The position numbers were made by a program, and so were the translations under genes. A DNA stretch of 63,726 nt, the filler included, from Collodictyon triciliatum (Eukaryota): NCBI GenBank assembly GCA_043381765.1. It is 9 parts of 9 records of this genome, joined end to end, with 100 filler letters (N's around TTAATTAATTAA, not from the genome) between each part and the next. Parts side by side here need not be neighbours in the genome. Positions count along the whole stretch, not along the records: positions 1 to 7,503 come from JBHJMP010003867.1; positions 7,604 to 15,105 come from JBHJMP010003868.1; 7 more parts are not named here. One strand, 5' to 3'. Under the pieces are notes generated by a model. That model searched no databases. It was not told the DNA's origin and saw only the letters and a list, made by a program, of their open reading frames with translations. Shown one piece after another: positions 1 to 12,968 of the stretch (its first letter is position 1; the number at the start of each line of letters is the position of its first letter).

Positions 1-119
1 AACAAACAAACAAACAAACAAACAAACAAACAAACAAACAAACAAACAAACAAACAAACAAACAAACAAACAAACAAACAAACAAACAAACAAACAAACA
101 AACAAACAAACAAACAAAC
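1..119. repeat. (AAAC)n microsatellite at window start
   Basis: Pure aaac tandem array, directly visible. Confidence 0.98.
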
Positions 120-261
120 GCCTGTAATCTATATTACGTCTTTCGTACTTGAGCCGTGATTTATTTTTCTCGACATCTGTATTGAAGAATTAGATAATGA
201 ACTATGGATTATCAACTTCCCCTGTTGTCTGCAAATACTCATTTCTGCTTCGTTTATACAG

Positions 262-798
262 GAGAGAGCTATGAACGTCATAGAGATTTGAAGTTTCTCA
301 AGGAGGCATTTTCTCATGAGTCGTGCGTTCGTCTTTTCTATACAAACGACCTGCGGGTTATCATGGACATTCTTGTGCGTGAGATTCGTGACCTGAGCGA
401 CGAGGCCAGTCCAGAGAGTGTATGTATTCAGCTGGTCCCCCCTTTTTCTTTCGTCGAAACAGAAAACAAAAAAGAAAACAAAATCAGACAATGATTTCAT
501 TTAATTCAAATAAAACAATTCAGCAGTAAGTTTTGCCAAGTTGACGACCCAAACTTCTACTGCCCTGCACAATGACGCTGATGTACTTGATATTCATCAT
601 GCAATCCACTCCAATTTGAAATAGGTTCCAAACAGATACTGGGAGGTGCTCTACACACTTTTGCACGTCCACCCAAAAGCATGGGATAACCCGGAGGTGC
701 GGTCGCTTGTTACAGAGAAGCGCGCAGAGATTGACTGTGACTCGAACCGCACCGCAAAGTTATGGGCTTCACGCATTGCGCAAGAGCTTGAAGCGTGA
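262..798 (+). CDS. SPIN90/NCKIPSD/Ldb17/Dip1-family Arp2/3 activator, last two exons (5' part not identified)
   Basis: Exon ~262-418 encodes LFYTNDLRVIMDILVREIRDL, matching the FYTNDLxxLxDIxxR signature of the SPIN90/Ldb17 domain. Donor GTGTATG, acceptor aaatag, last exon VPNRYWEVLYTLL...QELEA-TGA (796-798). Confidence 0.75.
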
Positions 799-1025
799 GT
801 CTGCACCAAGAAACAATAAAACAGCGACAAATTCTGGTAAGCAAAAAGAAACGCAACCAAAAAGAACCGAGAATCCGGCCACTGAAAACGAAATTCTCAT
901 CTCTTTAAATCGCCCGCGAGCTTTTAAGATGTTCTCGTGTTGAGAGAGAGAGAAAGAAAGAGGGAAAGAGGTGGGTGCATATGCCTTTTGTCCCTTCCAA
1001 TCTTGCAAGGGCTTGCGCGGCGCGC

Positions 1026-4000
1026 TCAGCTGCCCCACCCGGGCCGTTGAAAGCGATTGAAGGGCGTTGGCTGCTGAGCGGCATTGTGCGCTCGGTATGT
1101 GTGCGGCAGTCCTGCCCGGTTGCGGAAGCCGGGGGCTGTCTCTGCCAGCATTGCCGCGTGGTTTGCCCGATAGCCTGCCGCAGCGTTTGAGTAGCCGGGT
1201 GTCCCATATGGCCCCAGATTGGCTGCGTGGGGATGCACCCCGAAGGCTCGTGAATCCGGTCCATATGACCCGGCCGCGTACTCGGTCTATCGGGTAATTC
1301 AGAGGCGGAAATGTGAGAAGGCTAGTGAAACAAGAATGCATGAAAGAAAGAAAAAAAAAAGATAAGCGGGGTTGCACGTTGGGTGGGTCTTGGATGGCAG
1401 ACCTGAGAAGCAAAGCCTGGTCGTTCATGGGAGAATGAAACCCGGTAGTCAAGAGCGCCGTCAGACCCGTAGTGGGACTGCGAAGGGTGGCCCGCGTACC
1501 GACCGATAGCCTAAATGACAGGTGTCGCTCTTGGTTATTCAGGGTTATTAGAGAAGCTGTGGTTACAGATGCAATATGCAGCGTCGACTGGAAATAACCT
1601 GATGGCCTGGGTCCTGTGAATATGGATTATGGAATCCCGCTGCAACCGATTCCTGTTTCTGATGGTCTGACCAGGTGTGAGAGAAAGATGTCTGTGCGCC
1701 AACAGCCTCATATGCGTGATGTGGTGCGAGCTTCTGGTGGTGCATCTGCTGTTGGTTTATGGAGGAAACCTATATGGAGAAACGGACATATTTGCATCGT
1801 GGTTTAGTTTTAATCGCTTAGAAAGTCATTCCTCCCATGCGCCAATACCAAGCCTCAACATTTTCTGAGATTTCCAAGGACGCCGCATGGCACGCCAATC
1901 ACGTAGTGCTCATTTTCTGGATTATGGGCAACAAACCTGGAGAACCAAACTGCGAGTATACATAACAAGGTCTTTGCAGTTTTCGGGAATAAAGCCACTC
2001 GGGACTGAGTGCTCTGGCCACAGTTCAGAGATGTAATCCTCCAAATCAGTGTCAACAATCTTGAAATGATAGGTGATAAAACATTTTGAATGATGCTACC
2101 TCATTTGTGAAAGAGGAAAGTAATGAAGCATGACGCAAATAAGGTAATGCGTGCCCCCTCTTCATATGTAAATAATAAACCTGGTCATTATAGGGAAACA
2201 CGGGAGTCAATACATCATTTGCCTCGACGAGAGGCGGTGACTTTGGTGTGGATGGAATGTCAGATTCAGAGGTATACCTATCCCATTTCATAAAAATCAA
2301 AAAAAAAATCATAAATGAGTAAAGGTACTTTTGTCAAATGTATATTGCAAATTATATTTGGTTAGATGGTATTATTAAGTTTATTATTAACAATAATTAC
2401 AAGACTGGAAATATCTTTTCAAGTCTCTTCTTTTGATTTGTGCATTCGTCTGAGTTGTTGGCCATCTCAAAGGTCTTCTCGTAATCTTCCAAAATAAAAT
2501 CTACATAGATATCACGCATCGGTATTTTAGAAAAGAAATGAGAAATGTGCGGGTGGGGTTGTGCGTTCATAATGCAGTAGAGTACCTTGAGGCTGCGTCC
2601 AGGCCCGAGTTGTTGCAGGTGGAGCGACCTTTGCCTTCTGCTGCTCAACTGCATCCGCGCTGATAGCTCGGTTGTTTGTGTCAGACTGTGAATCATCACC
2701 TGGGTCATTGTAATCAATTCGGGAGACGATATGCACCTCTGTTAAGTGTGAATCTTCAACCCATGAAACTCTCTTCTTCTTTTTCTTTGGCAGAGGTTTT
2801 AGTGTTTCACTAGCAGGCAGTGCGACTGGAACAATTTCACTTGGAGACAAATCAGATAATGAGCGTTTCCGTGATGTCAATGTTTCGATATTTAGAGTTT
2901 CTTTCTTTTCTGTATACAAATGCACAGGCAGAATGTCGCCTCCGCTATCCTTTGGCGCTTCTTCAGCTTCTCTTCGTGGAATTCGAGGTGTCAAAGACGC
3001 TGGATATTGCTGGTTGACAGCGTTATGTGACGCAGCTTCTGATTTGATAATTGTTTGGTGGATATGACCTAACTCAGATAAGCGCTTGGGAGATAAAGAC
3101 AAACTTGATTCTGCAGAAAGGTATGAGTTTTGATTGGTTACCATTTATGTGGTTTGATTGACATGGGCCTAGGAGAGTATTCACCATGGCTGTAGCGCTT
3201 AAGATTGCATTCTAAGGTAAATTTGAGAAAAAAAAGTAGACATACCCTTTTTTGGTGACTCGTCCGTTGTCTTTGATAAGGATACACTTCGAACAACGTT
3301 TAGTGATGCTTCCTTGGATTTGTAGCTGTCAACCGAACTATCATCCTCCAACAGAGCAACTAGTCATAGGAAAATACTCACGTTAACAAAAAAAAATATA
3401 TATATAATGAGTAGCCCACTGTTGAATGAAATAAACCAGCTGATAAAATTATTGCGATTCGGTATCACCTATCACAAAAGAGGAGGTGTCCTTATCATTT
3501 CATTTCTTTCTATTTACCTTCTTTCTTTTTTTTTTTTTATCCCTTTCAATAAACAGAATTTTCATTCATAAAGATAATGAGAAAAAACACGTATTACATA
3601 GAAAAAGCTTATGCAAAAAGATCTATATAAAAAAGACCGAATGACTGAAGCAATGGGCACATAATTTCATCATTTTCACCAAATATGGTTCATTACCTAT
3701 ACAAAAAGCTTACCCTGTGGCTTTGGAGTGGGTGGTTTAGCAGGCAATTTCTCTTGTTTTACTATCGATTGTGGCTTGTTGGGTGCTGCGGGTGCAGAAA
3801 TATTTTGCTTTGAGGAGATCGTAGCACTAACGGATTTTTTCAGTTTTTGGTCGGATTGACCTCCAGCAAGTTTTTCTGTGGATTTCGTTTGGGATAGGGA
3901 AGTGCCTTTAGGTTCAGTAGACGGTTTAGCCGGTGTTGTCTTTGATGCAGATGACGAGGTTGGCACAGATGTGGCTTTTTTAGTTGAGTTTGTTGATATC

Positions 4001-5742
4001 TCCTGCGAAGATTTCACTCCTTTGGTGGCTGTGCTTTGCTTGACTTTTACAGATAATGAACCACTTGATTCCAATGTTGTTCTTGATAATTAATTAAGTA
4101 TACCATATGTTATTTGAAAGACAGAAAAATAAAGATATAAATAAAAAAAAAACACTTCATTATCCTTTGTCTTTAAAAAAAAAAGAAAGAAAGAAAGCCT
4201 CATGGTTTGTGAAAGACAAAAATTGGAAGTATAAGTAGTAAAATGAAAATCGTTACAAAAACACTATCAAATTAAATATTTGACAAGGCGATGACAGAAA
4301 CCTTGACGAGGATGATGAGGGTGTTGATGTTTTCACCGATGGAGTGGTATCCGCCTTTGCAGATTTCACGGATTTTTTAGGCTGAACATCAGCTTTAGCG
4401 ACGAAATTCATTTTTAGTTTTATAATTTATTTTTTATTTTATTTTTTTACAATTGTCAATGAATCAGAGTGGTGGGCGCAAGTGGCTTTCATATAACAAA
4501 TTCTTACACTTTGGTGGGGCCTCGTCTCCCAGTTGGTTTTTCCACATATTAAGCATCTTTTTGGCGTTCTTTTGAATATCTAAAAAAAAATTATTAATGA
4601 AGTTGATTGCAAAGCCATGATATGTAAAGTACACATGCTCGAGGTTCATATATCGAATAAATGATTAATTAGTTACTAGGGTACCTTTTTCGTGATGCTT
4701 CGTGAGATGAGACAAAACCGTCTTTGATATTTTTGTTGACCTTACCAAATCCCAATCAACAACCGGAGTCAGTATGATAAGCACCTAGCCAACAATGAGA
4801 ATATGAATGATTAGAAATTACGAGCAACATGAATGGATTAACGAATGCAATAATCCTTTTTTTTTTTTTGTCGATATTAAACAATCCAATACACTTTCAA
4901 TTTTAAACAAACAACTAGGATTGAATAAAGAAAATGATCGATGTCCTTCATCATATGTTTCCAAAATAGATCGTTTCTTTAAGTGTATGCTATTATTTTA
5001 AACGAAAGGTGAATTGATGCTAACCTCTAGGATGAGAAGTAGTAGATCCAAGTCTGGGGAAGAAGAGGACGAGGCAAGCCCGATAATCCACGAATCTAGT
5101 AGCGCTACACCGCCATGCTTTGCGAACCTGTTATTATATCGCACATAATGAATGGAGTTATATTTGGTAGAGCAAAGAGCCCGAAAATATTGTAGCGAAT
5201 GTCAATCTGAGATGAAGCGTTTCGTGTTGGAGATGGAGAATCGATACCTTATGGTACTATTGTCCCATATTATCATAATAAAAGACGATAATTGATTTTG
5301 AGAAGAAATCAAATAGGAATGGATGATACAAACTCTCTGAGAAATTCTGTATCCTCCACATGGGCTATGGTTGACAGCGATGTGGCTCGGGCGTGAGGAT
5401 GAGAGAGCCCCCGAAGTTTCGTTATGAATTGGACAACTTCAGGCGATGGCGCTTTCTCCAAGGTGGGCTTATTGGTTGTGCTGTGTTGAATTTGCTGGTG
5501 TTGTTGCAAAAAGCTTTGCTGTTGCTGAATCGTCTGCTGTTGCTGAATCGGCTGCTGTTGCTGAATCGGCTGCTGTTGCTGAATCGGTTGATGTTGCATT
5601 TGCTGATGCTGTTGCAAAAAGCTTTGCTGATGCTGAATCGGTTGCTGTTGATGAATCGATTGTTGCTGAATCGATTGCTGTTGCATTTTCTGCTGCTGCA
5701 AAAAGGTTTGCTGCTGCTGATAGTATTGTTGTTGCTGAATCG

Positions 5743-5805
<63 letters not shown>

Positions 5806-6349
5806 GCATTTGCTGATGCTGCTGCTGCATTTGCTGATATGGATACAGAAAGCTTTGCTGCTGCTGCTGCATTTCCTGGTGGAGGTGCTGTTGCAAAAAG
5901 CTCTGCTGCTGAACAGGTTGCTGTTGAATCTGCTGCTGAACGGGTTGCTGTTGAATTTGGCGCTCGCGGTCGAACAAGGAGAGGCTCTGCAGATGGGGCT
6001 GCGGCTGGTGAGGCGAAGGACTTTGCCCGGCGACACTCTCGGATGCAGCGGCGGTGCGGCCCACCGAAAGGCCCGGCCTCCCACTGGCGCTCGTGTTTGC
6101 CGCCGCGTTTGCCGCCGCGTTTGCTGCCGCGTTTGCCGCCGCGGCTCCGCTGTGCAGCGCGGGCGGGGGACGCAGCGGCAGCCGGATCGTCGTCGCCGAG
6201 GGCGGTGCGTTTGGCCGGGCGGCTGTCGTTGCAGGGGCGGTTGTCGTTGCAGAGGCGGTTGTCGCTGCAGGGGCGGTTGTCGCCTTCTGGCTTCCTGGAT
6301 CCTCGACGTGGAACACAAGCGGCTTCCACGGGCGCTGTGCCATCGTCAC
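1026..6349 (-). CDS. PNUTS/PPP1R10-like PP1 nuclear targeting subunit with polyQ N-terminus (multi-exon)
   Basis: Spliced exons give a TFIIS-N-like domain (FLREFAKHGGVALLDSWII...TKISKTVLSHL...AKKMLNMWK), a PP1-docking KKKKKRVSW motif (2761-2772) followed by LTEVHIV, then WTQP and SDECTNQKKRLE...YTSESDIPSTPKSP segments typical of PNUTS/Ppn1-type proteins. Last exon 1026-1286 ends in TGA. Confidence 0.75.
5490..5960 (-). repeat. Coding CAA/CAG polyglutamine tract with QQQQPI-type units
   Basis: (TTG)n/(CTG)n on the + strand, in exon 1 of the PNUTS-like gene. Confidence 0.9.
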
Positions 6350-7410
6350 GGTGCGCGCCTGCTGGGCGTCAGTGTTTTGTGTGTTTTGTGTGTGTGGAGT
6401 AAGTATGTATGTGTGTATGTGTGTGTTGGTTTTTTAATTTCTATTTTGTGTTCTTTGTATGCTTCAGCATCCACAATGAAGCAAGGGGCTACAGCAAAAA
6501 TGAGTGAAAAGAGAGGGACGGAGAGGAGCAGCGGGTTTAATCTCACTGAGTTTCCTTCAAACATGCCACCACCGGCGCGCCTCACAAACAAACAAACTAG
6601 CCTTGGAAAAATATTGTGTGGGATGTTTGCACGCAGGATAATAAATTCCATATTTAGAAACAAAAGCAGAATGAAGCGCAGGAGCTGTGCGCAGTCATCC
6701 GCATCGGTGCTCCGGTCTTTGCCTGCAGCCCTCAGCGCCTTTGATAAGGCTTTGTCATAAGCGGGTGAGAAATCGTCCAACCAAGCGCCAGAACAATCGG
6801 CTGTAGAACTATCCATGAATCGTCAGGGTTTGCTGGAATGATAATCTATTCATTGAAGGCGTAATTAAGGTTTTACTAAAGATAAATGTTGAGCGAGAAT
6901 CGTATGCTTCTTTTGGGCCACTTTTGTGTGAAGGCCGACGAAATACTGTTTGTTGGGCTTTTGAAATCATGCAAAGTGGTTGCATGTATGAGAGACAGCT
7001 AAACAATTAAGCGTGCATTTGCGGAGCTGTCACAACCAAGAAGGAATAAAATGTTTTCCTATTGGGCATTTCATATAGCATTTACGAACTTCGTCATGAG
7101 AATTCTAATATGGCCCCTGCAGTGAAGTGATTTTGCACATTTTGAAGATAATGAATGAATATTTGAATGTAACTTGAAAGAAAAAAAAAGCAATATCTGT
7201 TATGTGGAGCTGATGGACAAAAAGGAGAAGCATTTATTCATATTTCATAGGAAGAAGAAAAAAACGACCCAGCTCCAAGGATTTGATCTTTCGAAACAAT
7301 TGCATGTCCTGGGCGATGTGCTCACATATGTGATATTTCGTCCAGATACCCACTAGTTTACAAAATCTAGAGCATCATAGGCCGAACTGTCATGGTCACA
7401 TAATTAGTAA

Positions 7411-7437
7411 GAAGAAGAGGAAGAAGAGGAAGAAGAG

Positions 7438-7469
<32 letters not shown>

Positions 7470-7503
7470 AGAAGAAGAAGAAGAAGAAGAAGAAGAAGAA
7501 GAA
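7411..7503. repeat. (GAA)n/(GAAGAAGAG)n microsatellite at contig end
   Basis: Directly visible. Confidence 0.95.
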
Positions 7504-7603
7504 NNNNNNNNNNNNNNNNNNNNNNNNNNNNNNNNNNNNNNNNNNNNTTAATTAATTAANNNNNNNNNNNNNNNNNNNNNNNNNNNNNNNNNNNNNNNNN
7601 NNN
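7504..7603. other. Artificial contig-joining linker N44-TTAATTAATTAA-N44
   Basis: Identical 100-nt spacer with stops in all six frames, present 8 times in the window. Confidence 0.97.
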
Positions 7604-8000
7604 CCCCCCATCCCCACCTACTTTGGAACTACTTGCCTGATGGTTGAATGAAAGATTGTTGAGACGGGCTCAACAGCTAAGACTTTTAGAATAAAAAAAA
7701 AAAGGCCTGCGCCCTCCGTGTCATATACAACAACAAGAAAAACCAGTACAAAAACGAGAAAAACAAAAACAAAAAAGATGAGTTGGCAGCAGAATCCCCT
7801 CAAAATTATAATACAAACCCCCTTTTACTATTACTCAAAGCCTCGTCATTTTCTTGTCCTTTGTCCTTTTGTCGAGAAAGAGAAAACTCACTCAAAGCCC
7901 CCTCTACCTTCCCCTCTCGCGCAGAACCAAACGCACAGACGCCAATCCTCCTTGAAACCATCAGCCGATCAGCCCAAAAGCGTGTGGATTCGTTTCGCCC

Positions 8001-11000
8001 ATGAATACCGAAGCCTTCCACGAAGCCTGCGCGCAAGGCAACGTGCCACGTGTCCAGCAGCTGATCCGACAAGGACAAGAGCTTGACGCGTTTGATCGCT
8101 TTGGACGAACAGGACTACACATAGCGGCACAGAACGGGCACACAAGAGTAGCCTCGCTTCTTGTTTCCATGGGCGCAAACGTCAATGCTCAGATCACCAA
8201 AGGCTCGCCGCTCAAAGGGAAGCGGGATGAGTCAGCTGCTCTGCCTTCAGGGACAACAGCCCTGGTCATAGCATCGCAATGCGGAAACGCAGAGATGGTT
8301 GACTTGCTCCTGCACAGCGGGGCAGATGCAGAAGTCAGCATCGGGGATGGATGGACGGCCTTTCTTGCGGCTTGCATGGGTGGACACATCAACGTTCTAG
8401 AGAAGTTTCCACCGCCATTGATTGCCCATCACATCCATCAGCCGCATGGCGATTTGCGCCTCTATCCGCTTCACCTTGCAGCCCATCGCCAAGACCCCGC
8501 CCTCATGCATTGGCTGCTCTCACATGGCGCCAATCCGTCGAGTGTTGACACGCAAGGATGGACTCCACTGGCCTATGTCAATCTGGACCGTCAAGACCTT
8601 CGTTCTATGCTTGAAAATGCGGTTTTTCAGATGGAGAGAGCTCACACAGAAATATCATATCATCATCAACCCATGGTGAATGAAGGCCCCGATGTGTCGC
8701 AGATTGATGTATTTGGTCAAAATGCGTCGACTCGTAATTCGCCATCACAAGAACAGTGGGACCAACGCAGTCATTCGAGGTCGTATCAGTTTGAATCTCA
8801 AGGTGATGACTCCATGGTAATGAATGAGTCTGGTGTTTCTTCAAATGTACATGACTCTGCTCGGGGTGGAGTAGGAGAGCCAATGGTAAGGCAAAAGGCT
8901 GCTATTGATTGGGAAAGAGAAGTCGAGGCTGAGGCCCACACAGCTCATCAGATTTTCCCTCAAACAGCCATGTTGCAGCGGCCAGAAGACCTGGAGCGCG
9001 AGAGGAATAGAATGGCCTTGGTGGAGGCACGGAAAGCCCTAGAGAGGGAGGCGATACAAAACTTGTCCAGCCAAAGATTTGAAGACATTGGTTTTAGCCC
9101 GCGCAATAAAATAGAAACACCCAGGGCTATGACATCAAGGGGTATGTTCCTTTTCCTCTTCCCTTCATTTTTCTTCTCGTTTTTGTTTTTGTTTTCTTTT
9201 TCTTTTTCTTTTCTTTTCTTTTCTTTTCTTTTCTTTTCTTTTCTTTTCTTTTCTTTTCTTTTCTTTTCTTTTCTTTTCTTTTCTTTGGTTTTTTTCTTTG
9301 GTTCCTAATTTCTATTCTTCAGCTCTAGTTCACAAAATTGAATTATATGCAGCTAAAGAAATTTTTGTAAGTTTAGAAATAAAAAGAAATTTGTGAGATT
9401 TTGTTTCACTTGTTACCTATTCAGATTTTACCCTTACCGAGACGCCAAGGCCAAGACCTCCATCGCATGAAACCGAGAGATCGGAATACGGATATGAACA
9501 GAGGAATGAGGCTCCTCCGACACCTTTTGCCCGAGACCGTATATCTTCGCCTGTTCCAGTTGAGACACTAAGATTGGATGGCAATATCGGCATAGGGGCT
9601 GAAAGTGCTCTTGCTCAAGACCATTCAAATAATCAAGCCATAATAGCACGAATTCAAAGGCGAAAAGCCGAGTTGCAACAAAATCTCGACTCCATCGGGC
9701 AAGGGATTCATGTAGTCAATCACGACTATGAAACGATGCAAAAGCTGCTTTCTCTACAGGAGCAAATCCAACAATTAGACAGCCAACAAAAAAGACTCGA
9801 GGGTCTTCATTTGCGTGATTCTAGACTGTCGAGCAACCCAAGTCCTCAACACAAGCCTGGTTATGGTCAATCTTCCGTACCGCAACAAACAAACAGCACA
9901 TCTACACCAAGAGAAAATCGGCAAGTCGATGAAACCGTGCCACATCAGGCTTTACTTGAACTCGAAGCACGGCTTCGAACGCAATTAGAACACCAGATTC
10001 ACTCTGAAATTCAAACTCAAATCAAACCACTGATATTATCACAGTTAGAAATGCAGACACCTACGGCCTCTAACGAGCAGCGACCAAGACACCATGTCAT
10101 AGCTCCAGTTGCAGCCCCAGCCCCAGCCCCAGTCCCAGTCCCAGCCCCAGCCCCAGCCCCAGTCCCAACTACAATTGAAGATTCGGGTATTGGTTTGACT
10201 ACAATTCCTGGCCCAACCCCACCATCATTTTCATCGCTACCGCAAGAAACTCGCACGTCCGCTTATCCACAAAATGAATCACAATACCATAATCCTGTTC
10301 ACGCTTCCACCCAAAAGGCGCAGATACAACCCCATGAATCCAATCCTCATGAAGCCCAACAAGCAAATCAAGTTCATCTGGCTTCCCCAAAATCAGCTCC
10401 GGAAATCTCTCCAGACGCTACCAATCCTGTACGCTCCATATTCCGTCCACCCGGTCGGGGGTATATGCCCCAAGAATCAACTTACACACCTACGATGCCG
10501 CGTAACACAATAGAATCTCAATTTATGTCTGCAACCGATTTAACTTTGCAAGAAACGCCACGAAGCTCCGCGCAAGTACAATTCTATTTGGGAACAACAG
10601 CTCCTTCTCATCAGGAAATGCAACAATACTATGGAATTCGGTCTTCCGATGCCACTGAATTTGCTGCACCCACTATAAGCAACACAAATCTGGGCACATC
10701 AGATGTCCATAATGTTGGGATGGCACAAGAACCCCAAAGCACAATAAATCAATATGTGGCTGGTACAACAACTATACCAACACGTTATCAAAGTGCAAAT
10801 ACTCTCGTTTCTCAGCCCATCATCCCATCCATGACAACGGGCGATGGCTTGAGAATTACCTCTCCCAGAGAGGGAATGGATGGGCAACAGGCATACAATT
10901 ATTCATTACCTAACCAGCAAAATCCTCAAGCACCCATTCCTCAACCCCACGGGCAATCGACTGTTCCTAATATCAACCCTCTGTTGACGCCCCGCGGCCG

Positions 11001-12402
11001 AAATCTTATTGTTCATCAACAAGCAGGGCAGAATCAAATACCTAATCCCCAGTGGAATATACATTTACAATCCCCACTTGGTCAGAATAGTATTGTAGCT
11101 GGCCAAACGAATCAATACTTTACACAGCCAGCTGCAGCTACCCAACAAAATATTTACCAAAGGAGTGCGCAAAATGCTGTCCCACTAAACGTGAATTCGA
11201 ATTACAGTGGGTATCAAGCGCTCCCTCTGGCGCACTATGCGGTAAATCCGATTCATATGATTGAAAGGAGTTATTCCCAAGGCCCACCGGCAGCCCAGCC
11301 AAGGCACTTCCATCAGAGTGCTTCTCAAGCCCATCAAATACAGCAATATACAAAGTCACCAAGTGCAGCAGATGTTGCGACCAGATTCACTCACGATACG
11401 AGCTACATGAAAGAAAGACCTCATCAACATCCAACCACACCTCGCAGCCTGAATTTGCAAAGTACAGTTGATTCCAGGTCTAGCTCAAGGCTAGAATCAG
11501 AGGCAGCGAGAAGAGAACGACGACTTTTGGGCTTGAGCCTGGACAGCGACCCTCGTCATCAGTACTACCAAGAGCTTGCCCAAAAAAACAATTCGCAAGC
11601 ACCTTCCCTGTCAGCGTCACGAATTGCTCAAAGGGAGAGTGTCCCTGAGAGAGACGAGCTGATGGAGCGCACAGCCAGTCGCACATATAGGCCAGATGGC
11701 AAAGCGTCGTTCATGTCTGCAGGGAATAATACGCCTCGTAGCGTTCAAAGCGAGCAAACCGAACTCATAGCCGCATCTGCTAGAGAGACCCAACTTCCGA
11801 TCAGGTCAAAGACAATTCGTGATTTGGCCCTTGAAAAACTACAAAATCTCTTTAATCAAACAGGAGAGGTGCAAGCTGAGGAGATACTATCGCGTACTGT
11901 GCCTTCCATAGACGAGCAGTTGTTGGAGCTGCCCCAAAGAAATCCACTATTGACACCCAGGCGGAACGCATATCTGCCCAACACAGATATTCAGACACAT
12001 AAGGTCACCACCGAATATGAATCATTTTCAGGGCCCCGTCATGACATCCCACGATACGAAAATACGCAAGAATCAGGAAACGCAAACGGCCGTCCGATAT
12101 CATCTATGTCACAGCAAACCGAAGAAATAATTCAACGTGGCACACAATCACCTGATTGGGTCCGTTCGAGCCCGAGGATGAGCTCTTCAGAAGAACTGAG
12201 AGTCCCAAGCCTTCGAGAGAGCCAAACAGTCACTGTCGTCCCTTTCCCACTGCAGGACAATCCTACGAATCAAACCCAGCAACTTCATCGGCCGCGTACC
12301 CTTAGCTCCAGTATGCAAGAAAGAATGAGCCTTTTTGAAGCAAAGCCGGCTCCACGTGTCCTTGTTACGAGTCGAAACCAAAGTGACGTCTATTCAAGCT
12401 AG
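8001..12402 (+). CDS. Ankyrin-repeat protein with long disordered Q/P/S-rich C-terminus (2 exons, 1372 aa)
   Basis: Ankyrin motifs GRTGLHIAAQNGH, GTTALVIASQCGN, GWTAFLAACMGGH, YPLHLAA, GWTPL. The phase-1 intron 9142-9424 (GTATGT...TTCAG) joins ORF 8001 in frame to ORF 9574-12402. Confidence 0.88.
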
Positions 12403-12968
12403 ACTCTGCTCATTTCCTTCCCTACACTACAATATCTTTATACTAAACACATGACACCTTCACCTTCAATGGGACTAGGGAAGCAAAGTCATAGCTCTCT
12501 TACTTCACAAAATAAATTTACAAGAAAACAATCCATGGGAAATGGATTCCTTTGCGCCACAGAGCCGCGTCGAATGAGAGTGGTATGCAATCGAATGGAA
12601 TGTAACAATACCCAATTTATGAAAGAAAAAATAACAAAAGTAGATTCCGCTGATTCTACACCCTTTCGTCGCAATACTAATCAAATATGTAAAAACCAAC
12701 CAATATTAATAAAAATAAATAAATAAAATTGTGTGGATTATGCAGCAATGGTATAGGGTTAAACGAGGCTTTGTGTGTTGGCTATAGAACATCACCCATC
12801 CCCAACTCTGTAAAAAAAAAAGTATGAATTTTATTGATTCGCTGTATCACTTATGACTTTGTACTGCGATGAAAAGGAATGTGTGGAAAGTGCAAAGAAT
12901 TTGTATTATTTCAAGTTGTGGAGCAAGACAGATTTACATAGGCAAGAAATTTATTTATTTTTATTCAT

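Noticed and set aside
769-1452. 227-aa and other overlapping ORFs in the GC-rich 1.0-1.3 kb region
   Set aside because: Explained by the terminal PNUTS-like exon (1026-1286) in another frame, plus intron and UTR
5393-6760. Long overlapping ORFs (455, 318, 298 and 286 aa) with poly-L, V, N or T
   Set aside because: Shadow frames of the GC-rich polyQ exon of the PNUTS-like gene
6346-7355. Possible terminal exons of another minus-strand gene upstream of the PNUTS-like gene
   Set aside because: Exon-like segments exist, but no consistent spliced frame or recognisable motif could be built
7548-7559. TTAATTAATTAA as a biological repeat, telomere, or TTAA transposon target
   Set aside because: Always centred in exactly 44+44 Ns, so it is a synthetic spacer
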